A stretch of 64,000 nt of DNA from Limisphaerales bacterium (GCA_044225505.1 JBGAIN010000026.1:1-64000), one strand, 5' to 3'. Positions 49,023 to 59,028 are shown, counted from the stretch's first letter. Made by a program: numbers and translations. Notes: generated from the letters alone by a model not told the origin.

Positions 49023-49598
49023 TCAAGCGCCGGTCGAATGCCGCAAAACCTTCGTAGTCTTATTCCCGGGCTGATCCACTGCGGTCACGGTAATCCAGAT
49101 CGCCTGGTCGGCCGGCACGTCTTTCTGAGCCAGATAGGTCCACCAAAGTCCGTCCGGATCGACCGCCGCCGAGCCAGATTCCAAAGTCGACTTGGCTCGA
49201 TCGGTAATGACAACCTTCACTTCTGCGGCCCCAACCACCCCTTCTTCCACACGCATCCGCAGACGATCGCCCCCGCGCCCCGTATACCCGGTCACATCGA
49301 TTTCCACGATGGCTGGGGCATGCAGGAAATCACTCACCGCGAGATTCTGCGCGGAACGTCCTGATTGCTTCGCCCCTTGCTCGTAGCGGACGCAATGCGT
49401 GGCGTCGTCGAGAACGGCGCTGGCAAACTTGGAAGCCTGCGCAAAGCGCCCCTGGTTCTTCTTTTCCGGTCCGGTGAACTTTTTCGTCCGAACCGGCCTG
49501 CGCCGGACGCACGGTTTGCCTTTGCGGCGGTAAAAGACAAGGTCTCCGATGACACCTTCGATATCACCGGCCATGGGATTGTTCCGTCGTCGGGCCAT
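49023..49598 (-). CDS. Hypothetical protein with Arg/Lys-rich N-terminus and beta-rich C-terminus
   Basis: MARRRNNP...G.IGDLVFYRRKGK...RF..A..FA...NLAVSDF..AP...GYTG..GD...WTY...D.PGN. Resembles, from memory, an uncharacterised family common in Bacteroidota. Confidence 0.85.
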   Translation of the reverse strand: MARRRNNPMAGDIEGVIGDLVFYRRKGKPCVRRRPVRTKKFTGPEKKNQGRFAQASKFASAVLDDATHCVRYEQGAKQSGRSAQNLAVSDFLHAPAIVEIDVTGYTGRGGDRLRMRVEEGVVGAAEVKVVITDRAKSTLESGSAAVDPDGLWWTYLAQKDVPADQAIWITVTAVDQPGNKTTKVLRHSTGA

Positions 49599-49732
49599 AG
49601 ATTGAGTTCAGGCGGTTTGCCGAGATGGCGGGCAAAGCACGACCGTTCGGCCGGAAGAGACCCAACCGGGAGACTTGCGAGGCTGCCAATGAGATCGCGC
49701 GCGCATCGTCCGTACTAGTCCAGACGCCTTCT

Positions 49733-49842
49733 ACAAGGACTAGTTACAGTAATAGCACGGAATGGACAAGGATTTTAGAAGGATTTTATACGGAATCTAT
49801 CCCTGTTAAACTCGTGTTTAATCCGTGTCATCTCCGTGTTAT
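49733..49842. repeat. 11-bp-phased inverted repeat array
   Basis: Six 11-mers (ACAAGGACTAG, TTACAGTAATA, GCACGGAATGG, ACAAGGATTTT, AGAAGGATTTT, ATACGGAATCT) followed by four inverted ones (ATCCCTGTTAA, ACTCGTGTTTA, ATCCGTGTCAT, CTCCGTGTTAT). Confidence 0.8.
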
Positions 49843-49926
49843 TAGCGAATCAAGACCGAATGCCTTTCCCTGGACCCGCACCCCAATCCCCTCCCCCGAT
49901 GCGATGCAGCCCCCCACGCTGGCAGT

Positions 49927-50784
49927 TCAAAATTCCCCACGAAAGGCACGGTAGAACCCCAGTAGCGCCGCCGTCGGCAACAGCAACGGACTGAGCACCA
50001 ATGCCAGCACGGCGAGTCCAACGCGTCCGGCGGCGTGGCGGTCGTTGGGCAAGTTTCGAAATGTCCGGGGCGACGTGAGCGGGCCAAACCAGAGTTTTAG
50101 AGAGAGGCTCACGGAGCGTCGATACCGACTCGCGAACGACGAGGCGCCGCTCACAGCTGGCTGGCAGCATGCGGCATCAAAATCGTGGAAAGCAGTTTGG
50201 ACGGTCCCGAGTCCTTCGTAGGTCTCCTTTTGGGGTTTGAATTGAATCGAGTCCGGGAATTGCAGCTCGCGCATCGCGGCATCGGTCAGAAGCAAGTATT
50301 GATCGGCGGGAACGGAGTTCTTGAGGAGCCGATGGACGAGGATGACGTCGACGCCGGCCAACTCATTAAACTGCATAACACGGTGAAAAAGGACTTCGCC
50401 GTGGTGCACCACGACCTTTAGTCGGAGCTTTTCAATGTGGGTGCAAGCATCGCAGGTGCAATGGATCGATCCGCTCAACTCGCGCAGTTTGTCGCCAAAC
50501 CGCTTGAAGAATTCGAGGAGTTTCTCACTAAGCTGCGCGCGGGTGGTCATCCAAGTCAGCGCATCCGGAATGTGCGGACAAAACAAGAAGACCGCGTCCC
50601 CTTCCAGTTTGGCGATTTCCAAAGGAAGTTGGACGCGCTCGAGGATGGCTTTAACGAGTTCCGTGATGATGGTCTGGCTATGGGCCAGGGTTTTGGCGTT
50701 GGCGGTCATGTAACGCGTATACCCGCTGATATCCGCGATCATGAGCAACGCGTGTTGCGGCCTCGGAGTTTCCGTCGTATCCAC
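49927..50784 (-). CDS. DUF2652 protein (class III nucleotide cyclase-like fold) with C-terminal TM helix
   Basis: IADISGYT, KLEGDAVF, C.CDAC, LKVVVHHGE and GVDVILVHRLLKN motifs. Confidence 0.85.
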   Translation of the reverse strand: MDTTETPRPQHALLMIADISGYTRYMTANAKTLAHSQTIITELVKAILERVQLPLEIAKLEGDAVFLFCPHIPDALTWMTTRAQLSEKLLEFFKRFGDKLRELSGSIHCTCDACTHIEKLRLKVVVHHGEVLFHRVMQFNELAGVDVILVHRLLKNSVPADQYLLLTDAAMRELQFPDSIQFKPQKETYEGLGTVQTAFHDFDAACCQPAVSGASSFASRYRRSVSLSLKLWFGPLTSPRTFRNLPNDRHAAGRVGLAVLALVLSPLLLPTAALLGFYRAFRGEF

Positions 50785-50868
50785 CCCTATCTGTCGATCG
50801 CGCCAACATTTCCTGACAGGGGTAGCAAAGACCGTGTAAGGACCTCCTCGCGGCCACGACCCACGGTC

Positions 50869-51327
50869 ATGAGAAAAGCATTCGTTACTTTCGTCCTCTC
50901 TGCATGGGTATGGTCCGTCTTGGCTCAGTCTGCCACCAAGACTCTAATCAACTTGGACAAATCGGGCGTCGCGATTCAAGGCTATGATCCGGTCGCCTTC
51001 TTTACGGATCATCGCCCGGTGAAAGGCGATCCCAAGTTTGTCCTTCGGCACGAGAGTGCGATTTACTACTTCGCTTCGAAAGAACATCGTGACCAATTCA
51101 AAGCGGACCCCGCCCGGTATCTGCCGGAGTTTGGGGGTTACTGCGCTTATGGCGTTTCCAAGAACAAGCTGGTGGAGATCGACGTGAACGCCTTTCAAAT
51201 CATCGAGGGCAAGCTTCTGCTGCAGTATAGCAAAGGAGTGCGCAACGATTTTAACAGCGACGCGCCGGGCAACTTGGCCAAAGCGAAGCAGTACTGGCCA
51301 GGCCTCGTGGAAAAGAAAGGTAAGTAA
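50869..51327 (+). CDS. Secreted YHS-domain protein
   Basis: Signal peptide after ATG 50869; AIQGYDPVAFF, YYFASKEHRDQF...P.RYLPEFGGYCAYG. Confidence 0.9.
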   Translation: MRKAFVTFVLSAWVWSVLAQSATKTLINLDKSGVAIQGYDPVAFFTDHRPVKGDPKFVLRHESAIYYFASKEHRDQFKADPARYLPEFGGYCAYGVSKNKLVEIDVNAFQIIEGKLLLQYSKGVRNDFNSDAPGNLAKAKQYWPGLVEKKGK

Positions 51328-51718
51328 CTCCTCGCGCTGAAGCTACGCTTGCTGCGCAGCCCGGCTTCGCCCGTAAGCTGCGCGCTTGGCTTCTCCCGCC
51401 GAGTCTCTCCATCTCAGCCTGCCGACGGTTCCCCGGGAAAACGCCGACGAAGCTAAATGGGGGAATTTCAGATTCAAGGAGTTCTGATCGCGGTTCGACA
51501 TCGTCGCGGCGCCGTCAATCGAACCGCCCAATCAACATTGACAGTCGGAACTCGCTGTAGTACTCCTCACCTCCAGTTCTTGGGCGTCTCAACTCCTCTG
51601 TGGCAAATCGATTGTTCCCTGGATCGTTAGGAGTTGCAAGGGTCGGCAGAAGCACCTTGCTTCCAGAATTGTGCCCCCACGTCGCGCCGCGAAGGATCGC
51701 CTCAATCCCCTCCTTACT

Positions 51719-54700
51719 ATGAAGTTCAAAGGTGTATCCCTGGGTTGGTTCAGTCTCATCCTCGTCGGTAGCGTTTGCGCCGTACAAGGTGCGAATTTAA
51801 CCTGGACGAATACGGCCGGAGGACTTTGGGCGGTCGCATCGAATTGGAGCCCGAACCAGATCCCCAGTGCGGCTGACAACCTGACCATCGCTGCGGCGGG
51901 AAACTATACGGTTACGGTGCAGGGAACGCAAAATGCAGCGCGATTGACTATCGGGGGTGCTGGTTCGTCGCCAACAGTGCGGCTCGAGTCAACGTCGAGC
52001 GTCAACACGGCGTTAACGGTGGCGAACACGCTGACCAACCTGGGCACGATTGAGATGCTCAACGTCACCGGCGGCGGGGTCGCAACCCTAAACGTCACCG
52101 CGGGCGCACTCATCAATGAGACCGGCGCAACCATTCGGGTGTTACCTGGCTCCGGTGGCACCCGCCAACTGAACGCTCAACTGGATAACCGCGGCACGTT
52201 GGAGATCTTGACCAACCTCACTATCAACCGTGGAGGCGCCAAACATACCAATAGCGGCACGATCAACCTCGCGGGCGGCAATTTAACACTCACTCAGTCC
52301 GGAACGGCCCCCAGTTTCACTACCACCGGCTCCATAAACATTCCGACCGGCCGAACCAACGTCGTTAGCAACGGCACGTTCAACTATGCCAGCGGCACTA
52401 TCGGAGGTGGTGGCACGTGGGAACTAAACAACGTCGTGTTGAACTTGACCCCAGACCTCTCCAACGAATCCACCTTTCTTGACTTGAGCACGACGACCGT
52501 CAATGGACCAGGCCGGCTCATCAATGCGGCCGGACGAACGCTGACGCTGGCCAATGGAGAGATCAATGCCCCCCTGGACAACCGCGGTGAGTTGAAGGTC
52601 CAAGGAGTCGTCCGATTCAATGGTCCGGTGAACGATACCCCCGGTGCCCTGCTCAGTGTGCAATCGACTGTCTCGGTCAACACGGCGTTGACGGTCGCGA
52701 ACTCGCTGACCAACCTGGGCACGATCGAGATCCTCAACGTCACCGGTGGCGGGGTCGCAACCCTCAACGTCACCGCGGGCGCGCTCGTCAATGAGACCGG
52801 CGCTACCATTCGGGTCTTGCCTGGCTCCGGTGGCACCCGGCAACTCAACGCTCAGCTGGATAACCGAGGCACGTTGGAGATCTTGACCAACCTCACTATC
52901 AACCGCGGAGGCGCCAAACATACCAATAGCGGCACGATCAACCTGGCGGGCGGCAATTTAACACTCACTCAGTCCGGAACGGCCCCCAGTTTCACCACGA
53001 CCGGCTCGATAAACATTCCGGCCGGCCGAACCAACGTCGTTAGCAACGGCACGTTCAACTATGCCAGCGGCACTATCGGAGGCGGTGGCACGTGGGAACT
53101 AAACAACGTCGTGTTGAACTTGACCCCAGACCTCTCCAACGAATCCACCTTTCTTGACTTGAGCACCACGACCGTCAATGGACCAGGCCGGCTCATCAAT
53201 GCGGCCGGACGAACGCTGACGCTGGCCAATGGAGAGATCAATGCCCCCCTGGACAACCGCGGTGAGATGAAGGTCCAAGGAGTCGTCCGATTCAATGGTC
53301 CGGTGAACGATACCCCCGGGGCCCTGCTCAGTGTGCAATCGACAGTCTCGGTCAATACGGCGTTAACGGTGGCGAACACGCTGACCAACCTGGGCACGAT
53401 CGAGATCCTCAACGTCACCGGCGGCGGGGTCGCAACCCTCAACGTCACCGCGGGCGCACTCGTCAATGAGACCGGCGCAACCATTCGGGTGTTACCTGGC
53501 TCCGGTGGCACCCGCCAACTGAACGCCCAGTTGGATAACCGCGGCAGCCTGGATGTGGAAGCGCCGTTGACCGTTACAAAAGCGGGTGCCCACCACTCCA
53601 ATTCGGGAACCATAAATGTGGCAGGTGGCCCACTCCTGTTCTCGCTCACTGGCTCCACTCCTAGTTTGACCAGTCAGGGACACCTCCTCATTCGCGGCAC
53701 CAACACCGTGCAAGTTAATAACGGCTCGTTCACCAATGCCGCGCCCGGTGTGATTTCCGGAACTGGAACACTCAACATTTCCACGACTGCGTTCAAGGAC
53801 ACAGGGGTCGTCAACCCGGGCGACTCGCTGGGCACTTTGACCCTCCTCGGGAATTTCAATCCAACGCCGGAAAGCGAACTTCAAGTGGATCTCGGAGGTT
53901 ATGAACGCGGAACGAATTACGATCATCTGACGGTGACAGGATCTGCGAACCTCACTGGAATCCTGCGCCCCAAGCTGGTGACCGGCTTTCTCCCGAAGAA
54001 GGATGACTCCTTTATCATTTTCTCCGCAGCGGCGCTTACTGGGACGTTCGACCGATTGGAATCGCCCGACACGAATCACGTTGCCTGGGGATTGCTCTAC
54101 ACGAGCACTAACGTGACGTTGGTGGTCTCGAACACGTCGCCCATTATTCCCTCGACACTGGGGGACACAAACCTCGATGAAACGATCCCCTGGACGCTCT
54201 CAACGGCCGCCGTGGACCACGATACCCCAACGCAGACATTGTCCTATCAACTGGTATCTGGACCAGCAGGGATGACATTGGACGCAGCGTCTGGTTTGAT
54301 CTCCTGGACGCCGACCGAAGCTCAAGGCCCGTCAACGAATACCGTAACCGTGAGCGTCACGGACAACGGCACTCCCCCGCTTAGCGACACACGATCGTTC
54401 AACGTGATCGTTCATGAGATAAACACTCGCCCCACTTTTGTCGCTGCTGCACCCGTCATCGATGAGTCAGTTCCGTGGGAAATGAGTGCTGCCGCCGCTG
54501 ACTCGGATCTGCCGCAAAATCCTTTGCGCTACGAGCTCATTTCCGGACCGCCCGGATTAGTATTGGACCCCGCCACGGGAACGATCCGATGGACTCCGAA
54601 CGAATCTAATGGCCCAGGCACAGAAACGGTCATTTTAAAAGTCACGGACACCAACGTTGATGCGTCGGTCGATCGCGAGTTAAGCGCAACCAATACTTTT

Positions 54701-55816
54701 CAGGTTCGAATCAACGAGGTCAACACCGCACCGGTGCTGACGCTGCCGGCCGATCAAACGCTCAAAGGTCCAGTGCCTTTCAGCGCCACCGCCACGGCCA
54801 TCGACAGCGATTTACCGGCCAATCCATTGACTTTCAGCCTGGTCTCCGGGCCCGCCGGAATGACCGTGACGACGACAGGCCTGATCCAATGGACGCCCGC
54901 GACCAGCCAGGTGCCGAGCACCAATACCGTCGTTATTCGGGTCACCGATGACAACCCGGGAGCGATCCCCTCGCCGCAACTGAGCGTGACCAACCAGTTT
55001 GTTCTGAAGGTCATTCCTGAAAACCACGCTCCGGTGTTGCCAGACATCTCAACGCAGACGATCGACGAACTGACGGAGTTACGCGTTGTGGCTAGCGCCA
55101 ATGACACGGATCTCCCTGCCAACCAACTGAGTTATACATTGCTCACCGCACCTGCAGGCGCCCAAGTGGACGCGGACGGAACGATTCGGTGGACCCCGGC
55201 CGAGGCTCAGGGCCCAAGCACGAACAGATTCATCCTCGTGGTTACGGACGACGGCGTTCCTTCGCTCAGTGCCACCAACACCTTCGACGCGGTCGTGCGA
55301 GAGGTGAATAGCGCTCCCACCCTAAGTTTGATCAACGATCTACAGATCCCAGCGGAATCGGCTTTCTCGCTGCCGCTGAACGCTTCCGATGGAGACCTGC
55401 CCACGAATCAGTTGACGTTCGTGCTTCTGGCCAGTCCCACGGGAGCATCGCTGGATCGCGGTTCAGGGCTATTCACTTGGAAACCAACAGCTCAGGACGA
55501 AGGAACCACCAACACTGTGACGGTTCAGGTCAGCGATGATGGAAGCCCGAGCCTGAACGACACGCGCACATTTCGGATCCTTGTCAGTTCGACGATCCAA
55601 ATCACGTCCGTCGAGCACGATTCGTCGAAGGTCACTTTGGTCTGGACAGCCGCTCCCGGCCGGACTTACCGCGTGCAATTCAAGAACGAGCTGGAAGAGC
55701 CGAACTGGACAGACTTACCCGTCGACGTCACCGCTACCAGTGCGACCGCCAGCAAAGAAGATATCACCATTGGAGCTCATCCGCGCCGCTACTATCGCAT
55801 CCAAGGCCTGCCATAG
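51719..55816 (+). CDS. Large secreted adhesin-like protein (beta-helix passenger-like repeats, five cadherin/putative Ig domains, C-terminal domain)
   Basis: Signal peptide; W...NWS N-cap; Asn/Thr/Gly-rich repeats; PGDSLGTL...YDHL; repeated D.D.P...L.Y.L..GP.G...G.I.WTP units. Confidence 0.9.
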   Translation: MKFKGVSLGWFSLILVGSVCAVQGANLTWTNTAGGLWAVASNWSPNQIPSAADNLTIAAAGNYTVTVQGTQNAARLTIGGAGSSPTVRLESTSSVNTALTVANTLTNLGTIEMLNVTGGGVATLNVTAGALINETGATIRVLPGSGGTRQLNAQLDNRGTLEILTNLTINRGGAKHTNSGTINLAGGNLTLTQSGTAPSFTTTGSINIPTGRTNVVSNGTFNYASGTIGGGGTWELNNVVLNLTPDLSNESTFLDLSTTTVNGPGRLINAAGRTLTLANGEINAPLDNRGELKVQGVVRFNGPVNDTPGALLSVQSTVSVNTALTVANSLTNLGTIEILNVTGGGVATLNVTAGALVNETGATIRVLPGSGGTRQLNAQLDNRGTLEILTNLTINRGGAKHTNSGTINLAGGNLTLTQSGTAPSFTTTGSINIPAGRTNVVSNGTFNYASGTIGGGGTWELNNVVLNLTPDLSNESTFLDLSTTTVNGPGRLINAAGRTLTLANGEINAPLDNRGEMKVQGVVRFNGPVNDTPGALLSVQSTVSVNTALTVANTLTNLGTIEILNVTGGGVATLNVTAGALVNETGATIRVLPGSGGTRQLNAQLDNRGSLDVEAPLTVTKAGAHHSNSGTINVAGGPLLFSLTGSTPSLTSQGHLLIRGTNTVQVNNGSFTNAAPGVISGTGTLNISTTAFKDTGVVNPGDSLGTLTLLGNFNPTPESELQVDLGGYERGTNYDHLTVTGSANLTGILRPKLVTGFLPKKDDSFIIFSAAALTGTFDRLESPDTNHVAWGLLYTSTNVTLVVSNTSPIIPSTLGDTNLDETIPWTLSTAAVDHDTPTQTLSYQLVSGPAGMTLDAASGLISWTPTEAQGPSTNTVTVSVTDNGTPPLSDTRSFNVIVHEINTRPTFVAAAPVIDESVPWEMSAAAADSDLPQNPLRYELISGPPGLVLDPATGTIRWTPNESNGPGTETVILKVTDTNVDASVDRELSATNTFQVRINEVNTAPVLTLPADQTLKGPVPFSATATAIDSDLPANPLTFSLVSGPAGMTVTTTGLIQWTPATSQVPSTNTVVIRVTDDNPGAIPSPQLSVTNQFVLKVIPENHAPVLPDISTQTIDELTELRVVASANDTDLPANQLSYTLLTAPAGAQVDADGTIRWTPAEAQGPSTNRFILVVTDDGVPSLSATNTFDAVVREVNSAPTLSLINDLQIPAESAFSLPLNASDGDLPTNQLTFVLLASPTGASLDRGSGLFTWKPTAQDEGTTNTVTVQVSDDGSPSLNDTRTFRILVSSTIQITSVEHDSSKVTLVWTAAPGRTYRVQFKNELEEPNWTDLPVDVTATSATASKEDITIGAHPRRYYRIQGLP
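52001..53545 (+). repeat. Intragenic 675-bp tandem repeat (about 2.3 copies)
   Basis: GTCAA(C/T)ACGGCG unit starts at 52001, 52676 and 53351; near-identical 225-aa protein repeats. Confidence 0.95.
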
Positions 55817-55889
55817 GCATAGATTTTCGAGAAGTTGGAGCCGGTGATGTTAAGTGCCGAGCAGCGGTGTTGAAACCCCGCTCTTGGAA

Positions 55890-56069
55890 TGGGGCGTTCA
55901 AGCCTCCCTCTTGAACCCAACGCGCCAGGCGTAGGGAAGTGGAGTGTAATTCCGCGTAGGTAACTTGGCGTTGCCGACAGATCAACGCCGTTTTATTGGC
56001 GTGTCGTGCGGCCGCCTGCCTTAACAGTGCAGAAAGCGCGAACTATTGGCCGCCACCCACGGGAATCAT
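55890..56069 (-). pseudogene. Remnant N-terminus of an AMP-binding (acyl-CoA synthetase-like) gene
   Basis: GGAGC-ATG, then MIPVGGGQ*FALSALLRQAAARHANKTALI...VTYAELHSTSLRLARWVQEGGL. In-frame TAG; similarity ends after ~58 codons. Confidence 0.6.
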
Positions 56070-56144
56070 GCTCCAAGACTAGTGAATAGTCCCGGCGGGA
56101 CATTTTATGCTGCCGCGGGCAGAATGGGGGGCCGGCACACTAGT

Positions 56145-57134
56145 TCAGAGGGCAGCAGCCAACGAAACATGCGTCCGTTCCTGAGGCTGCTGGTACTCGG
56201 ACCGAATGATCGTGCGCATGAACTCCGCAGCGAGCTGGGCGTTCTTGTGGGCAAATTCAATCCCGACAGTCTGTCCATTGACAATGGGCAACTGGTGGCA
56301 CAGTTCATAACTAATATAGCCGCGATAGCCAATGCGATGCATCGCTGTGACAAAATCGCGGTAATACTGGTTCGTGCTCTCCGTCAAGACGCCGTCTTCA
56401 CGGTGCATCCCGAGAATGCTGCCATCGGGATTTCGATCGAACTCACCCCCGAAGTGCGACATGACTTGCATGGACCCTACATCCGCCGCTGCCTGCATCA
56501 TGGCGGCGGCACTGCGGTCCGGCATCAACGGCGCATCGAGGCAGATTTGCAGATGCGGCGAATCCACTTCGCGCACCATGCGGATGACATCGTGGTGGTC
56601 CTTAACCAGTGGCTTATGGTTTTGCAGAGCTAACGTGACACCCATTTCTCCCGCGTAGCGGGCGCATTCAATCAAGCTGTCACGGCACCAACCCCATATT
56701 TCGGCTTCGGAAAACTTCGCATGAATTATCGGCCAATAGCCCTCGGCGATGTCATACGTCGCGAGTTTGGGATGGCGGGTAATGCCCCACCAGGCCAAAA
56801 AGACCCGGAGATGTTTTGCTCCCATATCCGCCGTCATACGAATCAGCTCGCGAACGAAACAAATCTGCGCCTCCCGAACCTCTGGCACGGGATTGCTAAA
56901 GTCGTTGTTCGCCGCGACTCCCAGAATCTCCACGCCTTCTCCCTGGGCAAGGCGCCGCAGTTCGTCACACTTGGGCTTCGGCCAATCGAGCGGGTTGGCG
57001 TGCGGCCGCTTGCCGTCAAATTCGACGCCGTCGTAACCGAAATTCTTAGCTGTGCGAATGACTTCGGGCAAGGTCAGGGCCTCGCCCCGATACCAGCAGC
57101 CAAGATATGTGACGCTATAGAGTCCAATTTTCAT
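56145..57134 (-). CDS. Sugar phosphate isomerase/epimerase (xylose isomerase-like TIM barrel)
   Basis: GYDGVEF, GVTLALQNH, ICLD and IGYRGYISYE motifs. Confidence 0.88.
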   Translation of the reverse strand: MKIGLYSVTYLGCWYRGEALTLPEVIRTAKNFGYDGVEFDGKRPHANPLDWPKPKCDELRRLAQGEGVEILGVAANNDFSNPVPEVREAQICFVRELIRMTADMGAKHLRVFLAWWGITRHPKLATYDIAEGYWPIIHAKFSEAEIWGWCRDSLIECARYAGEMGVTLALQNHKPLVKDHHDVIRMVREVDSPHLQICLDAPLMPDRSAAAMMQAAADVGSMQVMSHFGGEFDRNPDGSILGMHREDGVLTESTNQYYRDFVTAMHRIGYRGYISYELCHQLPIVNGQTVGIEFAHKNAQLAAEFMRTIIRSEYQQPQERTHVSLAAAL

Positions 57135-57351
57135 ACGATGGATCGAACGAACTTCATTTTACGGCACTCAGAGAATCGACCCGATGCCCCCGTGCCTGAT
57201 GGACCGAATGCTTAAGTTGGCACGAGCATTTCCAATGCTTGATATAAACCACCTTACAGCTCTTGCAAGGCCCAATCCGAGCGCCTGCCCCGTCGCGAAT
57301 CGAACGGTCGTTCCCCAGGCAATGCAACCCCAGTGTGAGGTGAAAAATCGG

Positions 57352-57603
57352 GTCACCAGACACGATCGCAAGTACGATGCCCCAATCCTAACGCCGGAGA
57401 CAAATCGTAGTCGGTCTTGCCAAGAATCTCATCGGCGATCGATAGTCCGTCCACGCCAGGATGATCGAGTGCATAATTGGTCAGAAAGGCTCCGTTCACC
57501 CACACCCAACGACCTTGGCGATCCTTTACCCAAGCCAGACTTCTTCCACTAAGTTGAACAACTCTGCCAGATGCGGCACGAAGGGATGGGTTAATTCCGT
57601 CAC
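57352..57603 (-). pseudogene. Frameshifted, truncated PAS-domain gene remnant (resembles the N-terminus of PAS-AraC regulators)
   Basis: Hand translation: MTELTHPFVPHLAELFNLVEEV / LAWVKDRQGRWVWVNGAFL...EILGKTDYDLSPA. One base is missing near 57539 and the gene stops early. Confidence 0.65.
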
Positions 57604-57795
57604 GCGTCCTGACGTTCTAGGGAGAGTCGCGGGTAGACTCAATCTCGAACCAACTTCCTAGGATCGGATTATCGTCAGCGACGCGAGCTAGAATCCTTCA
57701 GCGGGCCGAGCGAGCGAACGTCACCGTGCGATCCTACCTCGTGTAACCACGGAGCCGGGCGACCGGTCAATAGCAAGTAAGCTCTATTCTACGCC

Positions 57796-59028
57796 ATGAA
57801 ACGCTCACGTCCTATCACCCGATCCATCGCAGGCGCCCTGACCGTACTCTCACTCTTCTCTGGAGTCGCGCTCCTGCAAGGTCAAGAAAGCCCCTCCACC
57901 AACCGACCGGCAGCGCGGGGTTTTTTTGGCCCGCAAGTCGTCTCGCCGGAGATATTGCCAGACCGAAGCGTCACCTTCCGCTTGTTAGCGACGAATGCGC
58001 CCAAAGCCCGTCTGATGCCTAGCGACATTCCAGGTCTGGGCCAAGGAAAAGACATGACCAAGGGGACTAACGGGATCTGGGAAGTCACGATTGGGCCGGT
58101 GGATCCCGGCGCTTACCGTTATACCTTCGACGTCGACGGACTTACAGTCATTGACCCGCGCAATCCGTCGACCAGCGAATCGAACAACAACGCTTGGAGT
58201 TTGCTGTATGTGCCAGGCTCTGAATTCATGGACACCCGGGACGTGCCTCATGGCGCGGTGTCTGCCGTGACCTATTATTCTCAGACTCTCAAACGGTTTC
58301 GTCGCATGCACGTCTACACCCCGCCAGGCTACGAGTCGGGCCAAGGCGAATATCCAGTATTTTACCTGCTCCATGGCGCTGGCGACTCGGACGATTCCTG
58401 GACCTCCGTCGGCCGTGCCAATTTCATTCTGGATAATCTGATCGCAGCGCAGAAAGCCAAACCGATGCTTGTGGTCATGCCCGCGGGTCATACCCGTGCC
58501 TTCGGAATGGGTCGACGTAGCGGAACGTCCGACAGCAGCACGAACCGTCCCGCGGCCGATGAATTCACCCAAGAGTTTCTGACGGATCTCATGCCGTATA
58601 TCGAGAGTCATTACCGCGTTTCGAAGGACCGGCAGCACCGAGCGATCGCCGGCCTCTCCATGGGAGGGAGCCAGACGTTGAATGTGGCCATCCCAAACCT
58701 GGACAAGTTCGGTTTTGTGGGTGTGTTCAGTTCCGGAGTCTTCGGTGCCTTTGGCCGCAATCGCGGAGCGGCTTCCAACAACGACAACGGCCCAAGTTGG
58801 GAAGAACGGAACCGTGAGGCGCTCGACAACGGCGATGCCAAGAAAGGCCTGAAACTGCTCTGGTTCAGCACTGGAACCGACGATTTTGTCATCGAGACAT
58901 CGCGGGGAACAGTCGCCCTTCTGAAGAAGCACGGATTTGAACCGGTCTATCGGGAGTCTTCGGGCGGGCACACCTGGATCAATTGGCGAAATTACCTGAA
59001 CGAGTTCGCGCCCCAACTCTTTCCATAA
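57796..59028 (+). CDS. Secreted esterase (CBM48/E-set-like domain plus CE1-like esterase)
   Basis: VTFRL.A...GIWEVTIGP..PGAYRY; VYTPPGY, YLLHGAG, AIAGLSMGG and GGHTWINWR motifs. Confidence 0.9.
   Translation: MKRSRPITRSIAGALTVLSLFSGVALLQGQESPSTNRPAARGFFGPQVVSPEILPDRSVTFRLLATNAPKARLMPSDIPGLGQGKDMTKGTNGIWEVTIGPVDPGAYRYTFDVDGLTVIDPRNPSTSESNNNAWSLLYVPGSEFMDTRDVPHGAVSAVTYYSQTLKRFRRMHVYTPPGYESGQGEYPVFYLLHGAGDSDDSWTSVGRANFILDNLIAAQKAKPMLVVMPAGHTRAFGMGRRSGTSDSSTNRPAADEFTQEFLTDLMPYIESHYRVSKDRQHRAIAGLSMGGSQTLNVAIPNLDKFGFVGVFSSGVFGAFGRNRGAASNNDNGPSWEERNREALDNGDAKKGLKLLWFSTGTDDFVIETSRGTVALLKKHGFEPVYRESSGGHTWINWRNYLNEFAPQLFP

Noticed and set aside
50437..50868. N-terminal extension of the YHS ORF
   Set aside because: It is antisense to DUF2652; the signal peptide begins at ATG 50869.
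51136..51150. Selenocysteine in the YHS protein
   Set aside because: The GGYCAY codon is TGC (Cys) and there is no in-frame TGA.
56043..56045. TAG read-through or recoding in the AMP-ligase stump
   Set aside because: The gene is truncated anyway, and TAG is a normal stop in many genes here.
57216..57232. Sigma-54-like TTGGCACGAGCATTTC
   Set aside because: The -12 GC is missing and the next plus-strand gene is about 570 bp away.
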